DNA of 46,680 bases, taken from positions 1 to 46,680 of the forward strand of contig CAZRAD010000003.1 of the NCBI GenBank assembly GCA_964597945.1. The letters run 5' to 3'. The notes beneath the pieces were generated by a model. That model was not told the DNA's origin. It worked only from the letters and a program-made list of their open reading frames with translations, and did not search any database. The stretch comes from an uncultured bacterium. Its GTDB lineage: Bacteria > Joyebacterota > Joyebacteria > Joyebacterales > Joyebacteraceae. A program made the position numbers and the translations under genes. Each line of letters opens with the position of its first letter. The stretch's first letter is position 1. Positions 8,691 to 16,799 of this stretch are shown piece by piece.

Positions 8691-10025
8691 CTACTCGATG
8701 TACCCAAGCGAGCGAAGGCGCTCGCGCACCTCGTCGTCGACCGGTGACTCGATCGGCTCGGCGTCATCCGTGGTCACGCCCTCTTCATACGAGAGGATCG
8801 CCGTGACCGGATGCCGCTCAAGGAACTCCGGCTCGATCGCCTCGGTGAGAACGCGACCGTCCATGTCGTCCGCGACCGGAAGTCCGAGGAGCGCGAGGAG
8901 CGTCGGCGTGACATCGAGCACACCCGGCGAGTCCAGCTGTGTCCCCGGAACGATGTCTCGACCCCAGAGAGCGATGACGCCGGTCGGGTCGTGCATCGCG
9001 ATACCCCAGTGGTAGACACCGTCGCGGTTCTTCGGACCGGAATGACCGTGGTCCGATGTCAGAACGACCGTCGTGCGGTCATCCGCGAGCGCGATGAACT
9101 CACCAACAACCTCGTCCATGTATTCGTAGTACCGCTCGACGACGTCAGCGAGATACGCGGTCCCCGGCTCCGTGCCCTCGGGCCATGACTCCGGGAACGC
9201 ATCCACCCAGAACTGGTGGCTCGGACCGTCGACGCCGCGGAGATAGAGCGCGAAGAAGTTCGTCGGTCGCTCCTCGAACAGTCGAAGCGCCGAGCGCCGA
9301 ACGGTCTCGTCAGTCGCGATCGCCGTCTTGAGTGAGCGCAATCGAGCCAGCTCCGCGTCCGTGTCTCCCGGGTCTCCGGTGAGAAACGCGCGGACCCTCT
9401 CGTCAGAGATGTCGTCTGCGGTCAGACGCAACTCCGCAAGCTCGCCCGCCAGCTCCTCCGGCCACGTGTATCGGCTCCTCTCCCCGTCCGCTCCGGGTCT
9501 CCATCCGTAGTTGAAGTAGGATGAGACGAGATAGCCGTTGACCTCCTCTGCCGGCCAGGTCGCGAGCCACCCGATGACGCCGACGGAGAGACCGCGCTCT
9601 CCAAGGATGCTCCAGAGAGCCTTCACGCGTCGGACGTTCGAAGTCATCGGGACCGGTTCGGCCCCGGCGTGGAGCTGCTTCGCGAACCCGGTGATGCCAT
9701 GCTTGTCCGGGGTCTTTCCGGTAGCGATCGACGTCCAGATCACCGGCGACTCCAGGATGTCGAGCGATCGGACCTCTCCCCAGGCGCCCTCACTGAGAAC
9801 GCGCGCGAAGTTCGGGAGCCTCCCCGCCTCGAGCATCGGCCCCATGATGTCCCATTCAAGACCATCGACACCGATGATCATCACCTTCCGCTCCGACGGC
9901 TTCATCTCGCTCGATCCACACGATGTGAGGAGCACGACCGCCGCGCCGAGCGCGATCGCGAGGAGAACGGTCAGCGCCACCCCGGCACGGTTCGATCTGC
10001 ATCGACAGGTGCTGAGTCTCATCAT
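8691..10025 (-). CDS. AlkP-superfamily lipoprotein, paralog 4
   Basis: 444 aa. Lipobox LTSC. Motifs IIGVDGLEW, SPVIWTSIATGKTPDKHGI, LTSDHGH. Tail EPIESPVDDEVRERLRSLGYIE. Its ATG overlaps the stop of paralog 5 (ATGA at 10025-10022). Confidence 0.85.
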   Translation of the reverse strand: MMRLSTCRCRSNRAGVALTVLLAIALGAAVVLLTSCGSSEMKPSERKVMIIGVDGLEWDIMGPMLEAGRLPNFARVLSEGAWGEVRSLDILESPVIWTSIATGKTPDKHGITGFAKQLHAGAEPVPMTSNVRRVKALWSILGERGLSVGVIGWLATWPAEEVNGYLVSSYFNYGWRPGADGERSRYTWPEELAGELAELRLTADDISDERVRAFLTGDPGDTDAELARLRSLKTAIATDETVRRSALRLFEERPTNFFALYLRGVDGPSHQFWVDAFPESWPEGTEPGTAYLADVVERYYEYMDEVVGEFIALADDRTTVVLTSDHGHSGPKNRDGVYHWGIAMHDPTGVIALWGRDIVPGTQLDSPGVLDVTPTLLALLGLPVADDMDGRVLTEAIEPEFLERHPVTAILSYEEGVTTDDAEPIESPVDDEVRERLRSLGYIE

Positions 10026-11284
10026 CTCGTCACTCCAGGCTCATCGGTCGTCTCGTAGGTCGGGATCACGCGCACGGGGTGCGCACGAAGGAAGTCATCC
10101 TCGAAGGCATCGCGCATGACGGCCCCGTCCATGTCGTCGCCGACAGGCAGACCGAAGAGCGCGAGGATCGTCGGCGTGATGTCGCGGACGCTGTGCTCGG
10201 CTATCGTCACGCCGCTCCGGACACCGTCCCCGCTCAGCGCGAAGACCCCGATCGGTCCGTGGTCGTTGATCCCTCCGCGACGGCGGCCGGGTCGCGGACC
10301 CTCAAAGCCGTGGTCCGAACAGAGCATGACCGTCGCGTCGTCGCCGAACTGTTCGATGAGCTCTCCGACCAGGGCGTCGGCGTGTTCGTAGTAGCGCTCC
10401 ATCGTCTCGCCGAAGACGCGTATCTCGGTCTCCGGCACGTCGACCTCCACCTCCTCCGGGAAGCTCGCGGGCCAGAAGCGGTGGCTCATCGAGTCGGTCC
10501 CGCGGAGATAGACGACGCTGACATCGGTCGGTCGCTGTCGCATCAGATGCTTCGCCACCGCCATGAACGTCGCGTCGCCGGCGTAGTGGTCCTTGAGCTG
10601 AGAGATGTTGCCCTCGATCTCGCTGATCGCGCGCATCTCGACGAACATGCGTTCGACATCGAGCCGCTGCGCCTCCTCGCCCGTCATCGCGTTGTCGAGG
10701 TCGTAGAGGCGCTCCACCTCTTCATCCGGAATGGTCTCGCTCAGGACGCGGAGCGGGGCCACCTCGGCCGCGAGTTCGTCGGGATAGGTCAGACCATCGG
10801 TACGCCTGTCCTCGCGCGGGCGATAGCGGAAGTAGTCGGTGACCATCGTCCCGTTGACGGGCTCGGCGGGCCAACTGACGAGCCAGCCGATGACGGTCAC
10901 GGTGAAGCCGTGCTCTCCGAGGATGTCCCAGAACATCCGAGCCGTCCTCACGTTGCTCGTAAGAAGCTGTTTCGATGTCGGATCAATGTAGTCGGTGATG
11001 CCATGCTTCTCCGGGAGCTTGCCGGTGCCGATAGTCGTCCAGATCGTGGGCGACTTCTGCTTCGGTTCGAGCGAACGGAGCCTGCACGAGACACCGGACT
11101 CCATCAGCGCAGCGATGTTCGGCAGCCGGCCCTGCTCGATGAGCGGATCGACGATCGACCACTCCGCACCGTCAAGTCCGATGAGAAGGAAGCGTCGGTC
11201 GACGGTCCCGTCGCCGGATCCGCACCCGGACGCGAGCAGAATCGCGGCCAGCGCGACAAGTGCGATCAGTTTTCCCGGTCTCAC
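10022..11284 (-). CDS. AlkP-superfamily lipoprotein, paralog 5 (no C-terminal tail)
   Basis: I place the start at the in-frame GTG at 11284 (V RPGKLIALVALAAILLASGCGSG, lipobox ASGC). It is preceded by AGGGGAGGGA and lies 16 nt after the paralog 6 stop. The ORF-track start at 11443 would overlap paralog 6 by 143 nt. Motifs LIGLDGAEW, SPTIWTTIGTGK, LCSDHGF. It ends ...TYETTDEPGVTR. Confidence 0.8.
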   Translation of the reverse strand: MRPGKLIALVALAAILLASGCGSGDGTVDRRFLLIGLDGAEWSIVDPLIEQGRLPNIAALMESGVSCRLRSLEPKQKSPTIWTTIGTGKLPEKHGITDYIDPTSKQLLTSNVRTARMFWDILGEHGFTVTVIGWLVSWPAEPVNGTMVTDYFRYRPREDRRTDGLTYPDELAAEVAPLRVLSETIPDEEVERLYDLDNAMTGEEAQRLDVERMFVEMRAISEIEGNISQLKDHYAGDATFMAVAKHLMRQRPTDVSVVYLRGTDSMSHRFWPASFPEEVEVDVPETEIRVFGETMERYYEHADALVGELIEQFGDDATVMLCSDHGFEGPRPGRRRGGINDHGPIGVFALSGDGVRSGVTIAEHSVRDITPTILALFGLPVGDDMDGAVMRDAFEDDFLRAHPVRVIPTYETTDEPGVTR

Positions 11285-11300
11285 TGGAGGTCCCTCCCCT

Positions 11301-12620
11301 CTATTCGATGTATCCGAGGGAACGGAGCTTCTCGCGGATCGCGTCGTCGACCTCTTCGGTCTCGGGCGCCTCTCCGGAGGCGGCGGGCTCTCGCTCGTAG
11401 GTATCCACATAGGTAACTGGGTTTGCAGCCTCGAAGTCGTCATCGAGGATCTCGGTCAAAACAAATCCATCCATGTCGCGCGCGACCGGCTCGCCGAGCA
11501 GCGCCAGGACGGTCGGGGTAATGTCGAACACGCTCGCGTCGAGCGTCTCGTTCGAAGGCTCGATGCCGGGGCCGGCCGCGATGAGCACGCCGGTCTGCCG
11601 GTGCATCCAGATCCCGAGCAGCAGTCCCCGCGGCGACCTGTACGGCCCGCGGAACCCGTGGTCCGAACAGATGATGACGGTCGAATCCTCATCCATACGA
11701 TCGATGATCTGGCCGACGGCGCTGTCGATGTACTCGTAGTAGCGCGGGATGAGCTCGCTGTACGTTCGGATCATCTCCGGGGTCATGTACATGTCGACCG
11801 ATGTGGTGTCCCACTGCCCCCAGTATCGGTGACAGGTGACATCCAGTCCCTGGAAGTAGGTCGCGAAGAAGTCGGGCTGATCGTGTGTTTCGAGCATGTG
11901 GTTCGTAACCTGGAGGATGGTCTTGTCCATCGCGTGGATGCCGCGGATCGATTCCCGACCGTCGCTGACGGTGTGGTCGTCGGTCGTCCTCCACGAGTCG
12001 CCGACAAGGAACGGCGCGAGTTCGTCGTCGGGCAATGTGCTGACGGGCTGGCAGAAGGGCGCCAGCTCCTCCGCAAGTTCCGGCGGGGTCGTCACCTCCG
12101 GGATGTCCGGATAGCCGTCCTCGGCGGTGAATGTGATGCGCTCCGTAATGAGGAACCCGTTGACCGGGTAGGCGGGCCACGAGAGCCACCAGTTGATGAC
12201 GCCGACGGTGCGCCCGGCGTCACCGAGCATCTGCCAGACCGCCAGCGCCTTCCAGCCGCGCGAGTTGTAGAGCGCCTGCTCGCCCGTCTGCTCCTGCAGG
12301 AAGTCGCTGATCCCATGCTTACGCTGTGTCTTGCCGGTTGCGATACAGGTCCAGATGATCGGAGACTTCATCTCGGGACCGATCGAGCGGAGATTGGCCC
12401 TGACGCCGCGGTCGATGAGCGACCGGATGTTCGGGAGCTTCCCCGCTTCGAGAAGCGGGTCGACGATCTGCCAGTCCATGCCGTCGATGCCGATGAGGAC
12501 GACCTTGTGGTCGCCAGTTCCAGCGCCACATCCGCCGAGACCGACGAGAAGCGTCAGCGCAAGGGCCGCCACGACCAGAGCCGCACGGGTTGTGATCCAT
12601 CTGTTCGTTCGATGTTCCAT
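11301..12620 (-). CDS. AlkP-superfamily lipoprotein, paralog 6
   Basis: 439 aa. Lipobox LGGC. Motifs LIGIDGMDW, SPIIWTCIATGK, QGLDVTCHRYW, ICSDHGF. Tail EEVDDAIREKLRSLGYIE. A GAGGA RBS is present, and the gene begins 68 nt downstream of the glyS stop. Confidence 0.85.
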   Translation of the reverse strand: MEHRTNRWITTRAALVVAALALTLLVGLGGCGAGTGDHKVVLIGIDGMDWQIVDPLLEAGKLPNIRSLIDRGVRANLRSIGPEMKSPIIWTCIATGKTQRKHGISDFLQEQTGEQALYNSRGWKALAVWQMLGDAGRTVGVINWWLSWPAYPVNGFLITERITFTAEDGYPDIPEVTTPPELAEELAPFCQPVSTLPDDELAPFLVGDSWRTTDDHTVSDGRESIRGIHAMDKTILQVTNHMLETHDQPDFFATYFQGLDVTCHRYWGQWDTTSVDMYMTPEMIRTYSELIPRYYEYIDSAVGQIIDRMDEDSTVIICSDHGFRGPYRSPRGLLLGIWMHRQTGVLIAAGPGIEPSNETLDASVFDITPTVLALLGEPVARDMDGFVLTEILDDDFEAANPVTYVDTYEREPAASGEAPETEEVDDAIREKLRSLGYIE

Positions 12621-12688
12621 TCGATTGCTCGTCCTCTGTTCGCCTGCTGCGTGAAGGCCCTGCCCAACTCCTGCGTTTCGACCCCGCG

Positions 12689-14779
12689 CTACTCCTGCAC
12701 TTCGCCCTCGAGCACGACGCGCGAGAAGTCGGCGATTCGCATGAACAGCGAGCGCACCTCCGAGAGCAGGCCGAGCCTGACCGCGCGAAGCCTCTCGTCT
12801 TCGACCATCACCATCACGGCGTCGAAGAACTCGTCGATCGGACGCCGCAGACCAAGCAGGCTCCGCACGGCATCGTCGAGATCGTCCGACGCAACGGCGG
12901 CATCAACACTCGACTCCGCCTCCGCGCGCGCCTTCTCGAGCGCTATCGAAGCCGGCTCGACCAGAGCGGATGCATCAACCCTCACGGCCGGGCTGCCCTT
13001 GAGGATGTTCATCACGCGCCGCGAGCCGACCACGAGACCGGTGAAGTCGTCCGCCTCCCGGAAGTGCGAGAGCGCGACGATGCGCTTCCTCGCTCCGGGC
13101 AGGTCATCCGACGACGCCGCGAGGACCGCGTCGACCAGATCGTACGCGTATCCCTCATCCATGAAAACGTTGCGCGCGCGCTGGCGCACGAAGTCGAGCA
13201 CGCCGTCGAGCGTCGTCGCCTTCGAGTCGCCGGTGAGCTCGAACGCGTCCGCGGCCGCCTCGGCCAGTCCCCGGACCGGCACGCTGAGGTCCCGCTCCAG
13301 AAGGATGCGGATGAGACCGATGGCCTGGCGTCTCAGCGCGTACGGATCCTGCGACCCCGACGGGATCAATCCCGCGGAGAAACAGCCAACGATGGAGTCG
13401 AGCCTGTCCGCAATACTCAAGATGACGCCGGCCTCCGAGGATGGCAAGTCGTCACCGGCGAACCGCGGCATATAGTGCTCGTGGATGGCCGCGGCTACCG
13501 GCGCGTTCTCGCCCGATGCCAGGGCGTATTCGCGCCCCATGACCCCCTGGAGCTCGGTGAACTCCTTCCCGTCCTTCACCATCTCGGTGACGAGATCGGC
13601 CTTCGCGAGCCTCGCAGCCCGGACAGCCGTATCGGTCTCCGATGAGGAGATTCGCTCGCCGATCATCCGCGCGAGCCTCTCGAGCCGTTCCGTCTTCTCG
13701 TAGAGCGAACCCAGCCCCTCGAGCCAGACGACGCTCTTGAGGCTCTCAACCTTGTCCTCGAGATTCGCGCGGGTGTCCTCGTGCCAGTAGAACGCCGCAT
13801 CGTCGAGTCGAGAGACCAGCACTCGCTCGTTTCCCTCTCGCACGGCATCATGGCTCTCGGCCGGGACGTTGGCAACGCAGAGGAAGTTCGGAAGCAGCTT
13901 ACCGTCCTCGTCTTCGACGGCGAAATACCGCTGGTGACTCTTCATCGCGACAACGATGACGTCGCGCGGGAGCTCGAGGAAGCGGTCTGCGAACCGCCCG
14001 GCGAACACGGTCGGATACTCAACGAGATAGGTCACCTCGTCGAGGAGTGACTCGTTCACGACGAGCCGCCCCCCGCACTCGCCCGCGACCCGCTGAGTCT
14101 CCTCGAGAATGCGGACGCGACGTGCCGCCGGGTCGGCGAGCACGTAGTTGCTCTCGAGCACGGCGAGGTAGTCGTCCACATCCCTGACGCGGTGCGGCCC
14201 CGGCGACCAATTGCGATGCCCGCGCGTCTCGTTCCCCGCCTTGACGCCTGCGAACTCCATGTCGAGCACGTCGCCGCCGAGCAGCGCGACAAGCCAGCGT
14301 ACGGGGCGCGCGAACCGCTGGTCCGGCCCCCAGCGCATCGTTTTCGGGAAGCTCAGCGATGCCGCGGCGGCGCTGAGGATCTCGGGCAGCACCTCGAACG
14401 ACGAACGCCCCTTGTCGACCACGCGTACGTGCACGTACTCGCCCTTGCCCGTGTCTCGGACCTCAAGGTCCTCGACGGCTACACCCTGGGACTTCGCGAA
14501 GCCGAGCCCGGCCTTCGTCGGGACGCCCTCGTCGTCGAACGCGACCTTCGCCGGTGGACCGACGACCTCACGCTCCAGGTCTTCCTGCATGTCTGCAACA
14601 TCCGCCACCCCGACGGCCATCCGCCGCGGGGTCATGAACGTCCTCACCTCGCCGTGCTGGAGCCGCGCCGCGCTCAAACCGTCTTCGACGGCCGCGCGGA
14701 GCTGCTCGATCGCCGGAGGGACGTACGAGGCCGGGATCTCCTCAGCGCCGATCTCGAAGAGCAGTTCCTTCCCCATCAC
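12689..14779 (-). CDS. glyS: Glycine--tRNA ligase beta subunit
   Basis: ~695 aa, beginning (M)[26 protein letters not shown], with length and layout typical of GlyS. The start is either the GTG at 14779 or the ATG at 14776; both overlap the glyQ TGA (GTGATG). Confidence 0.93.
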   Translation of the reverse strand: MMGKELLFEIGAEEIPASYVPPAIEQLRAAVEDGLSAARLQHGEVRTFMTPRRMAVGVADVADMQEDLEREVVGPPAKVAFDDEGVPTKAGLGFAKSQGVAVEDLEVRDTGKGEYVHVRVVDKGRSSFEVLPEILSAAAASLSFPKTMRWGPDQRFARPVRWLVALLGGDVLDMEFAGVKAGNETRGHRNWSPGPHRVRDVDDYLAVLESNYVLADPAARRVRILEETQRVAGECGGRLVVNESLLDEVTYLVEYPTVFAGRFADRFLELPRDVIVVAMKSHQRYFAVEDEDGKLLPNFLCVANVPAESHDAVREGNERVLVSRLDDAAFYWHEDTRANLEDKVESLKSVVWLEGLGSLYEKTERLERLARMIGERISSSETDTAVRAARLAKADLVTEMVKDGKEFTELQGVMGREYALASGENAPVAAAIHEHYMPRFAGDDLPSSEAGVILSIADRLDSIVGCFSAGLIPSGSQDPYALRRQAIGLIRILLERDLSVPVRGLAEAAADAFELTGDSKATTLDGVLDFVRQRARNVFMDEGYAYDLVDAVLAASSDDLPGARKRIVALSHFREADDFTGLVVGSRRVMNILKGSPAVRVDASALVEPASIALEKARAEAESSVDAAVASDDLDDAVRSLLGLRRPIDEFFDAVMVMVEDERLRAVRLGLLSEVRSLFMRIADFSRVVLEGEVQE

Positions 14780-15771
14780 GCACCCCCTCTGCTCTTGGCA
14801 CCGGACTTGCCGTCGTTCTTGCCGCCGCCCTTGCCACCCTTCGTGCCGCCCTTCTCTTCCTCGGCCAGCAGACGGGTCCGCTCGTCCTCCGGCAGGAGTG
14901 GATACCCCAGCTCCCTGCGTTGATCGATGCAGAGGATCGCCGCCTTCCGCGCGAGCTTCCGCACGCGCGCGATGTACCCGGTCCGCTCCGAGACACTGAT
15001 CGCGCCGCGCGCATCAAGCACGTTGAAGGTGTGCGAACACTTGAGCACGTAATCGTATCCCGGCGCCAGAAGCCCGGCGGAGAGAAGCCGGTCGGCCTCG
15101 GTCTCGAACTTGTCGAAGAGCTCGCGATGAAGCGGGATGTCGGCCTCTTCGAAATTGAACTTGGAGAACTCGATCTCGTACTGCTTCGTCAGCTCGCCGA
15201 ACATCACATCCGGCGCCCACTTCATATCGAAGAAGCTGTCGACCCCCTGGAGGAACGTCGCGATACGACCAAGACCGTAGGTGATCTCCGACGATATGGG
15301 ATCGAGTTCGAGACCTCCGGCCTGCTGGAAGTACGTGAACTGCGTGATCTCCATCCCGTCGATCCACACTTCCCATCCGAGACCCGCGGCGCCCAGCGTC
15401 GGAGACTCCCAGTCATCCTCGACGAGACGGAAGTCGTGCTTCTTCCGGTCGATTCCGAGCGCCTCGAGACTCTGGAAGTAGAGGTCGAGTACATCATCGG
15501 GCGCCGGCTTAAGAAGCACCTGGTACTGGAGGAACTGCTGCATACGGATCGGATTCTCGCCGTACCGACCATCCTTCGGCCGGCGCGACGGCTCGACGTA
15601 GGCTGCGCGCCATGGCTCCGGTCCGAGACATCTGAGGAACGTCGCGGGATTGAACGTCCCGGCACCGACCTCCGAGTTGTACGGCTGCACGATCACGCAG
15701 CCGTAGTCCGCCCAGAACCCCTGCAATCGCAGGATGATATCCTGGAACGTGAGCGCCTTCGCTTCAGCCAT
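14776..15771 (-). CDS. glyQ: Glycine--tRNA ligase alpha subunit, with a Lys/Gly-rich C-terminal tail
   Basis: I place the start at the ATG at 15771 ([39 protein letters not shown]), which aligns with the canonical GlyQ N-terminus and has AAGGGGA upstream. The ORF-track TTG at 15858 is an extension into the recO stop region. The C-terminus is ...[28 protein letters not shown]. Confidence 0.92.
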   Translation of the reverse strand: MAEAKALTFQDIILRLQGFWADYGCVIVQPYNSEVGAGTFNPATFLRCLGPEPWRAAYVEPSRRPKDGRYGENPIRMQQFLQYQVLLKPAPDDVLDLYFQSLEALGIDRKKHDFRLVEDDWESPTLGAAGLGWEVWIDGMEITQFTYFQQAGGLELDPISSEITYGLGRIATFLQGVDSFFDMKWAPDVMFGELTKQYEIEFSKFNFEEADIPLHRELFDKFETEADRLLSAGLLAPGYDYVLKCSHTFNVLDARGAISVSERTGYIARVRKLARKAAILCIDQRRELGYPLLPEDERTRLLAEEEKGGTKGGKGGGKNDGKSGAKSRGGA

Positions 15772-15831
15772 GATCCAGTCAGTCCCCTTGTCGCGTGTTG
15801 TCGGTGCGGCGAACGCTGTCGCCTGTCGTGA

Positions 15832-15870
15832 ATTCTGCTCCTCAATGCTGCTCCTCAACTCGGCTCCTCG
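15832..15870 (-). repeat. 13-bp tandem repeat x3 spanning the recO stop codon
   Basis: The plus strand reads attctgctcctca / atgctgctcctca / actcggctcctcg. On the minus strand the copies are CGAGGAGCCGAGT, TGAGGAGCAGCAT and TGAGGAGCAGAAT, each containing a GAGGAG. Confidence 0.7.
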
Positions 15871-16760
15871 AGCCTCCTGACCTGCGCCAGGAAGCCGAGC
15901 GACTTGAGTCTCATGGAACGCCCCGCGTGCATCTCGAGAAACGACCCGAGCGCGCGCGTGATGTCGTCGCGTGCCGCCGGGCTTATTGAGCGCCCCGCGA
16001 GGGTCAGCGCGCCCTCGCTCACGCCTGTCACGGCCCCCTCGCTCACGCCTGCAGCTGCGAGTCGCTCACCGTCCTCTCCGGCGAGCACCGGGAGCACGGC
16101 CGCCTCGGAGCCGACCGGCAAGGGGACATCGAGCTCTCCCCTGGAGACACAGCGGTCGCAGACCAGCCCGCCGAGGTCCGGGCTGAAACCGGCCCACCCG
16201 GCGCTCTCATCGGCGTCGTCCTCGTGCGCTTCCCTGCCGCGGTCGCTCCCTCCCACCGGTCCGCCGCAGCCGGCGGCGCCGCAACGAACGCAGCGCGACA
16301 GCTCCGGCTGATACCCGAGCCTGCACGCGACCTCGAGCATGAATCGCCAGAGCACGACGTCCAGCGCGTGGAGCGGCGCCTCCGACATCGTCTCGAGCGT
16401 TCGCTCGGTGAGCTCGTAGAGTCCGCCGTCGGGTTCGTGGTCCGGGAGCAGCCGCTCGAGCAGCTCGACGACCGCGCCGCCCATCGCCATCCGGACGACG
16501 TCACGCCGGAGCTCGGGGAACTCGCGCTCGATCGACGCCTGCGATACCAGGGAGAGATCGCGCCCCTCCCTCAGGTAAAATACGACCCCGGAGACCATGA
16601 GAGGCTCCAGGGCGGCCCCGAACCGGCTCCCACCCTTCCGCACACCCTTCGCCACGAGCCGTACTTTCCCATAGTCGCGAGTATAACACACCACGACCTT
16701 GCTGGTCTCACCGAGCCGATGGTCCTTCAGCACGATCGCCCTGGATGTGACGAGCGCCAT
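15855..16760 (-). CDS. recO: DNA repair protein RecO
   Basis: 301 aa, beginning [48 protein letters not shown]. It has a CxxC...CxxC zinc module (CVRCG...CDRC) with low-complexity insertions. Confidence 0.9.
   Translation of the reverse strand: MALVTSRAIVLKDHRLGETSKVVVCYTRDYGKVRLVAKGVRKGGSRFGAALEPLMVSGVVFYLREGRDLSLVSQASIEREFPELRRDVVRMAMGGAVVELLERLLPDHEPDGGLYELTERTLETMSEAPLHALDVVLWRFMLEVACRLGYQPELSRCVRCGAAGCGGPVGGSDRGREAHEDDADESAGWAGFSPDLGGLVCDRCVSRGELDVPLPVGSEAAVLPVLAGEDGERLAAAGVSEGAVTGVSEGALTLAGRSISPAARDDITRALGSFLEMHAGRSMRLKSLGFLAQVRRLEEPS
16011..16058 (-). repeat. 24-bp in-frame tandem duplication inside recO
   Basis: ccctcgctcacgcctg recurs with a 24-bp offset (16011 and 16035) and encodes [16 protein letters not shown]. 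Confidence 0.65.
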
Positions 16761-16799
16761 CTCTCCACGTCCGTTCCTGGATCGGCACGCCCCCGCACG

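Noticed and set aside
10995-13475. 826-aa plus-strand ORF, together with other long ORFs opposite to or out of frame with the called genes: 2489-4015+, 10079-11416+, 21352-23118+, 29011-30627+, 30582-32555+, 33153-35090+, 32405-34051-, 35927-36961-, 36804-38000+, 39352-40632+ and 16224-17234+
   Set aside because: All overlap confidently identified genes (glyS, AlkP paralogs, pgpH-like, aspS, hisS, ccsA/resB, hyp genes, mgtE). They are Arg/Pro/Ser/Ala-rich, low-complexity translations typical of high-G+C shadow frames. None shows family motifs or an RBS.
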